From contig OY764073.1 of the NCBI GenBank assembly GCA_963668035.1, positions 66,930-130,929 of the forward strand: a DNA stretch of 64,000 nucleotides. Reading direction: 5' to 3'. A model generated the notes under the pieces. The model saw only the letters and a list, made by a program, of their open reading frames with translations, had not been told where the DNA came from and ran no database searches. Positions 18,651-27,188 of the stretch are shown one piece after another (position 1 is the first letter of the stretch; each line of letters begins with the position of its first letter). The position numbers and the translations under genes are program-made. The stretch is from Candidatus Poribacteria bacterium (GTDB lineage: Bacteria; Poribacteria; WGA-4E; WGA-3G).

Positions 18651-20294
18651 ATGAGAATTAAAGCTATTTTTATCATCGCAATACTCGGTGTACTGTTGTC
18701 GGTACTCCTATGCGGTATCTATTTTCAGTTCACCTATTTTGAACCGGATACCGTCTCCTACCTGTTCCAAGCGAAGTTGTTCGCAGACGGTAAACTCTCG
18801 GTGCCCGCGCCCCCGGAACACGGATTCTCTTCTTCACCACATATTAACATTTTCAACGGCAAATGGTATTCAAAATACCCGTTCGGCAACGCCTTGATGC
18901 TGATGTTCGGGGTGTTTGTCAACGCACCGTGGCTGATTCCCGCGCTGGCGACAGGCGGTGCGCTCCTGTTTCTTTTCCTTTTTGTGAAAGAGATATACGG
19001 GGACATTCATAATGGCATTGCGCTCCTCGCTGCGGTGCTTGGGCTCATTTCGCCGGCAACGCTCGGTATGGGGTCAACGTGGTTTAGTGAACCGGTGAGT
19101 CGTTTTTACCTCGCGCTTTTCCTGTTTACACTCCTCAAGACCTTGAATTGCAAAAGCGATGCGCCGCTGCTCGCGCGGATCGGTTATCCGTTGCTTTCCG
19201 GGTTTGCATTGGGATATGCGTTCAATACGCGTCCGCTCTCGGCTATCGTCTTTGGCGTTGTTGGCGCAGGGTTAACACTCTATCATCTTTTCACGCAACG
19301 GCAGCAGTGGCAAGTACTATCCGCTACGTTGAAACGTTTCGGATTCTTCTTTATTCCGTTTGTTGTGATGCTCGGCGTGTGTATGGCGTGGAACGCACAT
19401 TTCACAGAAGATCCGTTCATGTTCACACATACGGTTGCGCAACCTTATGATAAAATCGGGTTCGGGGCGCGGACAGAAGGCTATGCCCCTAACATAGAAC
19501 AGGCGTTTATTTTCACGCCGTCATGGGCCATTGAAAGGACGTGGCGGCATATTCTGCCGTGTATCAGTTTCAACGCGCTCGGGTGGGGGAGTTATCATCA
19601 CAATTTGTTGAGGGATGCCGAATTGTCGTTGACGTGGCTCATCGCCTTTGTGCCGCTAATTCTGCCCTGGTGTCTGCTACTTGTTCCCTTTTTCCATCAA
19701 TCTCGGAACAGGTATGATGTGTTTTGTCTGGCACTACTTGTGGCTAATTTGCTGCTCTATGCCTTTTTCTATTTTGAAGGTTCAACGTGGGGATTCACGC
19801 CTGTCAATGCGCGTTATTATACCGAGTCGACATTTCTCGGTTTCATTCCGTTAGTAGCACGCGGGATGGTTATCTGTTATGAAGGGTTCAAGCTGCGCCA
19901 GCGACGCGGGTTTGCGTTTGTTGTCGGTGTATGCCTATTGCTGTTCAGCGTCAATACTGTGTGGAGTTATGTCCGTATTGGGGAAAGGTATCAGAATTGG
20001 GGACATGTTTATCAGAAGCTGCCCCCGATGGTGGCGGAGCAGGATATTCACAACGCCGTTATTTTCGTATCTCGCCACCGGGGTGCGCCAATTGGGGATT
20101 ATCCGTTTAAGAGTCTCGAAGAGGCGGATATCGTCTATTTTAAACTGGGTCCCGCACCGCGCTGGAAGTTGACCAACAGCGATTGGGAGAATGTGTACGC
20201 ACAGTATTTCACTGGTAGGAACGCGTATCTGTATGTACCCGGTGAAAACAAGTTGACCCCTTTACTGAATAAGGAGGTTTCTATAGATGAATGA
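18651..20294 (+). CDS. Polytopic membrane protein, GT-C/ArnT-PMT-like putative glycosyltransferase
   Basis: About 12 predicted TM segments. N-terminal region resembles dolichyl-phosphate-mannose/ArnT-type transferases. Confidence 0.5.
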   Translation: MRIKAIFIIAILGVLLSVLLCGIYFQFTYFEPDTVSYLFQAKLFADGKLSVPAPPEHGFSSSPHINIFNGKWYSKYPFGNALMLMFGVFVNAPWLIPALATGGALLFLFLFVKEIYGDIHNGIALLAAVLGLISPATLGMGSTWFSEPVSRFYLALFLFTLLKTLNCKSDAPLLARIGYPLLSGFALGYAFNTRPLSAIVFGVVGAGLTLYHLFTQRQQWQVLSATLKRFGFFFIPFVVMLGVCMAWNAHFTEDPFMFTHTVAQPYDKIGFGARTEGYAPNIEQAFIFTPSWAIERTWRHILPCISFNALGWGSYHHNLLRDAELSLTWLIAFVPLILPWCLLLVPFFHQSRNRYDVFCLALLVANLLLYAFFYFEGSTWGFTPVNARYYTESTFLGFIPLVARGMVICYEGFKLRQRRGFAFVVGVCLLLFSVNTVWSYVRIGERYQNWGHVYQKLPPMVAEQDIHNAVIFVSRHRGAPIGDYPFKSLEEADIVYFKLGPAPRWKLTNSDWENVYAQYFTGRNAYLYVPGENKLTPLLNKEVSIDE

Positions 20295-22296
20295 ATTATC
20301 GCGCTTTTCTGAACAAAACAGTCGTAGCAGCGGTGATGAGACCGCCTTGGGGTTACCCGAGGGAGCGATTGCTCGGTTAGGTAGGGGACGTATAGCTGAT
20401 TTGGCGTTTTCTCCGGATGGCGAGTCCCTTGCAATCGCAACTACCGTTGGAGTCTGGATCTATGAACTCGCTACCATGGAACCCATCGCGTTGTGGGAAA
20501 CTGAAAGGGGACTGGTTTCTACCGTCGTCTTTTCTCCTAATGGACAATGGATTGCCACCATCAACTGGGACGGTATCATTAAGATAAGGGAGACAGAGAC
20601 GCAACGGTGCACCGCTAAGATACAAATATCGCGCTATCGGAACGCCCTTGCTTTTTCCTCGGATAGCCAATATCTCGCTGCATCCGGGAGTGGTTACGGT
20701 GGTGCTTATGTATGGGACGCAGAAACCGGCAGGCATGTCACAAGTTTCCAAGGCGCAGCACCCCTGAAGGAAGGAGAACAGGCACCCGCCAGGTTTTTGG
20801 TCCATTTTTCACCCGACGGGCAGTGTCTCGCCTATGTTTTGGGGCGAGTCGAGCTTGCTGTCCGGCATATAGAAACGAAAGAACACATCGCGCGCCTCAA
20901 GCATTCATCCCGAACACGCCGTATACAAGGTTTCGCCTTTTCACCGTGTGGAAGGTTCCTTGCTGTTAGTAGTCAAAATACGTCCAGCAAGCGTCAGGGC
21001 ACTACTGAGTTACAGGTGTGGAATATTGATGAAGAAACCCTTGAGATGACTGATTCGGATTATGGTGGAGATAAATTGATACCCGCCTACTCGTCTGATG
21101 GAACCTTACGGGTTGCCGACTTGCATGAGGATAAGGTGGTACTGTGGGATGCATCCCAGCGAGAGCCGCTGGACACTTTCGAATACAGCGGAAATGTCAG
21201 AAACGCCTGCAGGTTTTCTTCTGATAGGCAGCAATTCGCAATCGCCACAGAATGTGAGATGCGCGTGTGGCGCGCGGATGCCCCGCTCACGGTAGCATCT
21301 CATCTGGAACATACGGCGAGCAGGGTTCGGGCACTGTTTTTTATGCAAGGTGGTAAGACATTGGTGAGCGGGTACGGTGGTCAAAGCGGTATTATGTTCT
21401 GGGATGTTGTCCAAAGGCGAGTACAGCGAACACTTAGGCCCTCTTACGGAAAGTGTGTTTTATCCCCGTGTGAAAACATGTTGGCTATCAACGTTGGCGA
21501 GAATGGGGAAACGATTGAAGTTTTAAGGGGTGCCTCCGGGATACCGGTGACAACGCTCACTGAACATAAACAGGAAGTAACTGCCCTTGCATTCTCACCT
21601 ACCGGTGAACACCTTGTTAGCGGAGATTTGGAAGGAAACTTGTGTGTATGGTCTGTTGAGTCTTGGCGGGAGCTGCGAAAATTCATCGGACATACGACTT
21701 GGGTTACAACCTTAGCATTTCATCCGAGTGGCGAGAAAGTTGCTACGGCAGCCCGCGACTACACAGTTCGAGTCTGGGATGTTGAAAGCGGTGAACAGCT
21801 CGCTTTGCTACCCCTACCCTTCTTAGCCGAGGAACCAGATGTATCCCTATATAGAGGCGACCAACGGCAAATCCGGCGCATCTTAAATCGTTTGAGTCAG
21901 GGTTACACTGATAGGTCCTCCCTTCATTCCATCACCTTTTCTCCATCTGGCGATCTCATTGCTGGTGGACTGCATCGTGAGGTATGTTTGTGGGATGCTA
22001 CGACTTACGAGACTCACATGGTGATAGTCCCACCGGATACTTGTCAGCGTCCTATGGCATTGATATTTTCACCGTGTGGACGCTATCTTGTCTCCGGTTC
22101 TTGGTGGCAAGAGGGACAAGAAAAGGTGTCTATCCGGTTGTGGGAAGTTTCAACAGGTGAGAATATTGCGACTTTCTGGAGCCATCCGACAGATATTCAG
22201 GAACTTGCTTTTTCACCGGATGGCACGCTTTTAGCGAGCGGAAGTTTGGATTCCACCATCCTACTCTGGGATATGAAACCCGTGATAGGCACTTAA
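20287..22296 (+). CDS. WD40 / beta-propeller repeat protein
   Basis: Many repeats of the form FSPDGxxLA...V(W)D. Its start overlaps the upstream stop (ATGAATGA). Confidence 0.8.
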   Translation: MNELSRFSEQNSRSSGDETALGLPEGAIARLGRGRIADLAFSPDGESLAIATTVGVWIYELATMEPIALWETERGLVSTVVFSPNGQWIATINWDGIIKIRETETQRCTAKIQISRYRNALAFSSDSQYLAASGSGYGGAYVWDAETGRHVTSFQGAAPLKEGEQAPARFLVHFSPDGQCLAYVLGRVELAVRHIETKEHIARLKHSSRTRRIQGFAFSPCGRFLAVSSQNTSSKRQGTTELQVWNIDEETLEMTDSDYGGDKLIPAYSSDGTLRVADLHEDKVVLWDASQREPLDTFEYSGNVRNACRFSSDRQQFAIATECEMRVWRADAPLTVASHLEHTASRVRALFFMQGGKTLVSGYGGQSGIMFWDVVQRRVQRTLRPSYGKCVLSPCENMLAINVGENGETIEVLRGASGIPVTTLTEHKQEVTALAFSPTGEHLVSGDLEGNLCVWSVESWRELRKFIGHTTWVTTLAFHPSGEKVATAARDYTVRVWDVESGEQLALLPLPFLAEEPDVSLYRGDQRQIRRILNRLSQGYTDRSSLHSITFSPSGDLIAGGLHREVCLWDATTYETHMVIVPPDTCQRPMALIFSPCGRYLVSGSWWQEGQEKVSIRLWEVSTGENIATFWSHPTDIQELAFSPDGTLLASGSLDSTILLWDMKPVIGT

Positions 22297-22969
22297 TCCG
22301 TTCCCTGCACCTGTTCCAAAATAACGATGTCCCCAGGATTCCACGATTGGACGATTCGGAGTAACCTGTCGTAACGTAAAGCATGCCATCAATATGCGTT
22401 ACGCCAGTCGGCACAAACTTCCCGCCTTCACTGAAATAGGTGTTGACGGCTCGATGCTTGAAATCCGTTGTTGCGCCTGGGGTTTCCAACGTATGCACCA
22501 GTTGACCTTCTAATGTTGTAGTGAAGATTTTACCGACATCGTTTGCTGGAAAAGAGAGGTAAGGCGTACCAGCAGATGTCGTCCAGACGGTTACATAGTG
22601 GGCGTTCGCCTTTTTCAACGCAGCTGGGGTCTTAATCAGTCGCGTTGTTTTCAGATCAGCACTGATTTGGATGATACCGACTCCCGGTAATGCGAAATAC
22701 GTTTCGCCTTTGCCTTGGCGTCGGTCAACGTCAAATCCGCCGTGTGCCTTGTCAATCGCGGCGATAACCTCTGGTCGGAAATGCTCACGTGTATAGAGCA
22801 CTCTGAACTTAAGCGCGCCCTGTCCACTGGTCAGTTTCGCGTCAGGTACCTCGTGATGCGCGACAAACTGGTAAGAGTCCATTTCTGTTGATGGATGTCC
22901 TATTAGGTGTGCATGAACGTGCCCGACTATAAAGATAAGGGCAAAAGTTAAAAAGACGATCTGTCTCAT
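22130..22969 (-). CDS. Secreted hypothetical protein (possible small beta-propeller). Its 3' end is questionable.
   Basis: Signal peptide and a strong RBS. The last ~55 codons overlap the convergent WD40 gene by 166 nt and look low-complexity. A frameshift or earlier true stop is possible. Confidence 0.5.
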   Translation of the reverse strand: MRQIVFLTFALIFIVGHVHAHLIGHPSTEMDSYQFVAHHEVPDAKLTSGQGALKFRVLYTREHFRPEVIAAIDKAHGGFDVDRRQGKGETYFALPGVGIIQISADLKTTRLIKTPAALKKANAHYVTVWTTSAGTPYLSFPANDVGKIFTTTLEGQLVHTLETPGATTDFKHRAVNTYFSEGGKFVPTGVTHIDGMLYVTTGYSESSNRGILGTSLFWNRCRERIKCLSRVSYPRVGWWNPNFRSLKACHPVKKQVPEYLSDGSRKSQYSHLLKLPTTG

Positions 22970-22984
22970 TCCGAAATCTCCTCT

Positions 22985-23758
22985 CTATGTCTGTAGCATC
23001 GCTCGGAATTGCTTGGTAAATTCGCAGCTGCGCGCTATGCTCGCCACATCTTCCATCTTATATTGGACGACCAGCGGTCCGGAGAAACCGATCTCCTTCA
23101 AACCTTGCGCGAACGTCTTGAAATCAAAAACGCCACCACCGGGTTCACCGCGATTGCTTCCCGATACATGTACATCACCGAGGCACGCTTTCATGGCGTG
23201 TGCCGCGGCGTGCGGCTCGGCACTATCGTTGAAAAGATGATATGTATCGCAGGTCAGATAGACAGGCAATCCTGTGTCTTCAATGAATGCAATGCCTTCG
23301 CGGTAGTTATCGAGCGGGCATCCCTTCTCGAACTCAAGCGCGATTATCATTCCGTTTTCACGGCACGGGTCTATCATCTGGGACAGGTTATCTGCGAGTG
23401 CGTCCAGAGATTCTTGCCGTGACACACCTTCTGATGGGTTTACCCATACGCCGATGACATCGGCATCGAACCGACAGGCGACTTCAAGCACAATCTCAAA
23501 ATGTTGCAACGCCTCGGCTTTACGGGTTGGTGTTGTCAAAATATGGTTGCCGAAGCCGATTGTTGGCGCGACGAGTCCATGGTTTTCGGCGAGGTTCACC
23601 GCGTCGCCTATCTCCGCAGCGGAGAGTTCACCGAGAAAACCTGCATGGACAGGGATATTGATACCTTCGTAGCCTGCTTCGGCGACGAGCTCAAAAATTT
23701 CGGCACGTGTGAATCTGCCTAATGTGCCGGCGTAAGGGTCGTAACAGACAGTTAGCAT
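22985..23758 (-). CDS. Sugar-phosphate isomerase/epimerase (xylose-isomerase-like TIM barrel)
   Basis: Length and conserved acidic/His pattern of AP-endonuclease-2/XylA-like TIM barrels. RBS AAGAGGAAA. Its start overlaps the upstream small ORF by 7 nt. Confidence 0.7.
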   Translation of the reverse strand: MLTVCYDPYAGTLGRFTRAEIFELVAEAGYEGINIPVHAGFLGELSAAEIGDAVNLAENHGLVAPTIGFGNHILTTPTRKAEALQHFEIVLEVACRFDADVIGVWVNPSEGVSRQESLDALADNLSQMIDPCRENGMIIALEFEKGCPLDNYREGIAFIEDTGLPVYLTCDTYHLFNDSAEPHAAAHAMKACLGDVHVSGSNRGEPGGGVFDFKTFAQGLKEIGFSGPLVVQYKMEDVASIARSCEFTKQFRAMLQT

Positions 23759-23982
23759 TTTTCCTCTTTTGAATCCGTCTCTTTTGATAGCGGATACGGG
23801 TCTTCTGTTGTTAATTCACCGTTGGGGAGTTCGTAGTAGAGATGTCCGTTGAAATCATACACATTGGGGATCCCTTTTTTGCGGTTTTCCTCTTGTGCCC
23901 TTTTGACAGCGCGATTGCCAATCCGCAAGAGCTCAAGTGTCTGTTTATGAATATCAACAGAATCTAATTTATCTTGGGGCAT
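23752..23982 (-). CDS. 76-aa hypothetical protein, translationally coupled between the kinase and isomerase genes
   Basis: ATG overlaps the kinase stop (TAATG). Basic, helical N-terminus (RIGNRAVKRAQEENRKKG). No recognised family. Confidence 0.5.
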   Translation of the reverse strand: MPQDKLDSVDIHKQTLELLRIGNRAVKRAQEENRKKGIPNVYDFNGHLYYELPNGELTTEDPYPLSKETDSKEEKC

Positions 23983-24569
23983 TATACACCTCCATTGGGA
24001 ATGTCTTGCATAAATAATTCAAAGAAATCTTCATTTATCACTGTAACCTGATTTTTCTTACCAAACGCAACTACCTGAAAACGTTCCGTAGAATTGTAGT
24101 ACAGATGCCATTGATCTACCAGCTCTCTATACGTATACCAGAAGTTATGTTTGCTCCGATAAAACCGACGGATGACATCTTCCGTTGGTACATGGTGTCC
24201 GCCAGCACTTACCCGGTTTCGTACACGAGCGACGCTTGTCTCAGGAGATTTGAGAAAAATAAAGACGATGGTGACCGTATAGCCGGCATGTTTCAATTGA
24301 GAGATAGTTCTTGCAAATCCTTTGCCTGAGAGCGTCACCTCTACGATAAAATCTGTGCCTGCTGCAATGAGCTCCTGGATCTCCTTTATAAAGAGTCGTC
24401 CAGCTTGAATTTTAACACTGTCCATCTCCTCCGGTCTGGAGACCAGTCTTTCGGCGATCGCATCGGCACTGATATATACAGAGACCTCTGAATCGCGGAG
24501 ATATTGGGACACAAAAGTCGTTTTGCCGGATCCGTTTGGGCCGGCAATAATCAACACATTTTTTGACAA
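23982..24569 (-). CDS. Zeta-toxin / AAA_33-like small P-loop kinase
   Basis: Walker A IIAGPNGSGKTTF near the N-terminus. About 195 aa. TTG start with a GGAGG RBS. Confidence 0.65.
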   Translation of the reverse strand: MSKNVLIIAGPNGSGKTTFVSQYLRDSEVSVYISADAIAERLVSRPEEMDSVKIQAGRLFIKEIQELIAAGTDFIVEVTLSGKGFARTISQLKHAGYTVTIVFIFLKSPETSVARVRNRVSAGGHHVPTEDVIRRFYRSKHNFWYTYRELVDQWHLYYNSTERFQVVAFGKKNQVTVINEDFFELFMQDIPNGGV

Positions 24570-24696
24570 AGTTTTACCTCCAGGGCTTACGCAATTGTTC
24601 CATGAAATACTACGTAGGGGGCCCCTGGAAAGGTTAGGAAACCTCGCCAGCGAGAGGGGCTGCGTAAGTTTTACCTCTCTAACGAAGGAAACTGGG

Positions 24697-25998
24697 TCAT
24701 TGCTTGTTTAGACAGCACTGTTTATACTTTCGACCACTGCCGCACGGGCACGGCGAGTTCCGTCCGACTTTTTGTGAGGCTTGCGAAACTGTTGCAGTGT
24801 TATTAGCATGCATCTTTTCCTGCTGACGCTGCCGCAGGGTAGGCATGATACTATTCGCCGGTCGTCCAGCTTGCAGCGCGGAAGCCATCATCTTCATCGG
24901 TTCGTCGATGTGATTGAAAAACTGCTTATAGCCTGCACAGAGGTAGTTCAACCCGTCTTCACCTGTAGGTGTTTTGATGAAACGGTTTTTCGGGCAACCG
25001 CCATTGCAGACAAACTTCACTTCGCAGCTGCGGCAGTATTCAGGGAGCGTGTCCCGTTTATCCGTACCGAATTTGCGTTGGAACGTCGAATCCACCATCT
25101 CCGCAATCGTGTTCTCCGCAATGTTGCCGACGTGATAGTCAGGCGTAACGAAATGGTCGCAGGAGTAGAGGTCGCCGTTATGTTCAATCGCGAGCGCGTC
25201 GCCGCAGGTTTCGTTGAAGACACAGAGGCTCGGGTTATAGCCCAACCATGCTTCTAAGGCGACATCGAAAATCTGGACAAAAATTTTGCCGATGTCGTTG
25301 ACCACCCATTCATCAAAAATCGCGCAGAGGAATTTACCGTACTGACGTGCAGTAACAGAACGCGGGGACACATTCTTACCACCGAAATGCTCAACCGCAG
25401 GGATAAACTGCATAAACTCTGCACCGAGTTCCTTGAAATAGTGATAGACCTCCGTCGGATACTCGGCATTGTGCTTATTAACGACGCACAGAATATTGTA
25501 GTCAACTTTGTGCTTCTGTAAGATGCGTAAACCACCGATAACCTGTTCGGACGATGGGCGACCGCGTTTGTCGTAGCGGTATTTATCGTGAATCTCTGGC
25601 GGTCCGTCGATGCTCACCCCGATCAAAAATCTGTTCCGTTTGAAAAATTCGCCCCATTCATCGTTGAGGAGCGTGGCGTTCGTCTGAAACGAATTCTGGA
25701 TCTGCATGCCCGGGCGGCGATATTTCTGCTGGTATCGGATCGCTTGTCGGAAGAAGTCTACACCCATCAGTGTCGGTTCGCCGCCTTGCCATGCGAACGT
25801 GACTTCGTTAGTTTCCTGCGCTTCAATGTACTGCTTAACGTAATTTTCCAAGACTGCGTCATCCATCCGGAAAGAGCGTGTTTCCGGATAGAGTTCTTCT
25901 TTGTCGAGATAGAAGCAGTATTCGCAATCCAGGTTGCATATCGGCCCGATGGGCTTTGTCATCACATGAAATGCGCGCGGTGTGTTTTGTTGAACCAT
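24697..25998 (-). CDS. Radical SAM / SPASM anaerobic sulfatase-maturating enzyme-like protein with a C-terminal SEC-C zinc motif
   Basis: CNLDCEYC radical-SAM cluster motif. C-terminal Cys-rich SPASM region. Final CPCGSGRKYKQCC SEC-C tail. Confidence 0.8.
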   Translation of the reverse strand: MVQQNTPRAFHVMTKPIGPICNLDCEYCFYLDKEELYPETRSFRMDDAVLENYVKQYIEAQETNEVTFAWQGGEPTLMGVDFFRQAIRYQQKYRRPGMQIQNSFQTNATLLNDEWGEFFKRNRFLIGVSIDGPPEIHDKYRYDKRGRPSSEQVIGGLRILQKHKVDYNILCVVNKHNAEYPTEVYHYFKELGAEFMQFIPAVEHFGGKNVSPRSVTARQYGKFLCAIFDEWVVNDIGKIFVQIFDVALEAWLGYNPSLCVFNETCGDALAIEHNGDLYSCDHFVTPDYHVGNIAENTIAEMVDSTFQRKFGTDKRDTLPEYCRSCEVKFVCNGGCPKNRFIKTPTGEDGLNYLCAGYKQFFNHIDEPMKMMASALQAGRPANSIMPTLRQRQQEKMHANNTATVSQASQKVGRNSPCPCGSGRKYKQCCLNKQ

Positions 25999-26112
25999 CT
26001 GATAGTCCTCTTTTTATTTGGCCTCATAAAGATGTCTTAAAGTTTAACATATCTCACGCGAATCTACAAGAAGAAAATTTAATGCACGGAAATGCGTTTG
26101 GCAAACAGGAAA

Positions 26113-26262
26113 AGGATGTGATATAATATCTAAAATGAAGGACAGGACTTACGCAATTTTGATCATCGCCAGCACTATGAGAAACAGAGCGTCCAAAAAA
26201 CGCAGGCGGTTTGTGGCACAACCTAACAGGTTATGCTACAAAAGAGCGGCATGCGTAAGTCC
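26113..26262 (+). promoter_or_regulatory. Extended -10 promoter (TGaTATAAT) plus a long-range 12-bp inverted repeat in the 5' leader of the LamG gene
   Basis: TGTGATATAAT at 26115-26125. AGGACTTACGCA (26141-26152) pairs with TGCGTAAGTCCT (26250-26261), which would enclose about 100 nt of the putative leader. Confidence 0.4.
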
Positions 26263-26346
26263 TAAAGGATATACAAGGAGAATTGTTATCCTAATGTCTT
26301 AAAACTATTATGGGTCCAAAAATGTTTTGGACATGGAGGAGTCAAA

Positions 26347-27117
26347 ATGAGATTACTGATTACAAGTATTGCGTTGCTCTTATGTCTTTGCGCCGTTTCG
26401 TGGGCACTTGAAGAAGATGATCCAGCGATTGTTGGTGTATGGCTCTTTGAAGGCGACGTTAAAGATTCATCAGGCAACGGCAATGATGGAGACATTAACG
26501 GCAATTTTAAATTTGAAAACGGTAAATTTGGTAAGGCAGTCGTCGCTGGTGGCGGTGGCAGCATTGATGTCCAAGATTCAAAAAGTCTCCAGAGTGTCAG
26601 CAAGGAATTGACTGTGGCTGCATGGTTCCGAGTCGATGCCGACTCAGATACCGGTGTCAGGAAAAATGGTGCTTATCTGTTGGAAGACCAGTCCGGTGGT
26701 GAACCGATCCCTGACGGTTTCTCGTTTAGAGTCTGGACCGATGCGGGTATCACCCCTGGATTCTATGGTAAAACAGAACTGGAACAGGGAAAGTGGCATC
26801 ACGTCGCCGGCACTTATGATGGGCAAAATGTTGAGATGTACGTTGATGGCGAACCTGAAAGCGAGAAAGGTGCGTTGGATTCCGGCAAGGCAGATTGGAA
26901 ACCGGAATGGAACGGCAAGGTCGCCGCGGGTCAAGTCTTGCAACTCAAATTCGGGCCAGAGTCGTTTACCGGTGGTATTGACGAGATTGTCATTCTCAGT
27001 CGCGCCCTTGAGGCAGATGAGATTCAGCAGCTCCTCAACGGTTGGGACGAAGCTTTCGCCGTTGAGCCGGAAGATAAACTGGCGACGACGTGGGGAAGAG
27101 TGAAGGCTGCCCGATAG
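26347..27117 (+). CDS. Secreted LamG / concanavalin-A-like lectin domain protein
   Basis: Signal peptide. Laminin_G_3-like pattern (WHHVAGTYDG...YVDG). Confidence 0.7.
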   Translation: MRLLITSIALLLCLCAVSWALEEDDPAIVGVWLFEGDVKDSSGNGNDGDINGNFKFENGKFGKAVVAGGGGSIDVQDSKSLQSVSKELTVAAWFRVDADSDTGVRKNGAYLLEDQSGGEPIPDGFSFRVWTDAGITPGFYGKTELEQGKWHHVAGTYDGQNVEMYVDGEPESEKGALDSGKADWKPEWNGKVAAGQVLQLKFGPESFTGGIDEIVILSRALEADEIQQLLNGWDEAFAVEPEDKLATTWGRVKAAR

Positions 27118-27149
27118 TTGCACCGGAGTAAAATAGATTCATATTTTAT

Positions 27150-27182
27150 GTGCGGGGACGCTTTCAATAGCAGTCCTCGCAC
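27150..27182. terminator. Hairpin between the convergent LamG and methyltransferase genes (possible bidirectional terminator)
   Basis: GTGCGGGGAC...GTCCTCGCAC imperfect 10-bp stem. T-tracts are weak. Confidence 0.35.
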
Positions 27183-27188
27183 AACATC

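Noticed and set aside
23752-24569. Straightforward zeta/epsilon toxin-antitoxin call
   Set aside because: Not rejected outright but downgraded. The small ORF is downstream rather than upstream of the kinase. The pair is translationally fused to a metabolic TIM-barrel isomerase, so a metabolic kinase role is equally likely.
26636-27123. 155-aa and 159-aa ORFs on both strands inside the LamG gene
   Set aside because: Shadow ORFs of a gene with a clear signal peptide and LamG motifs.
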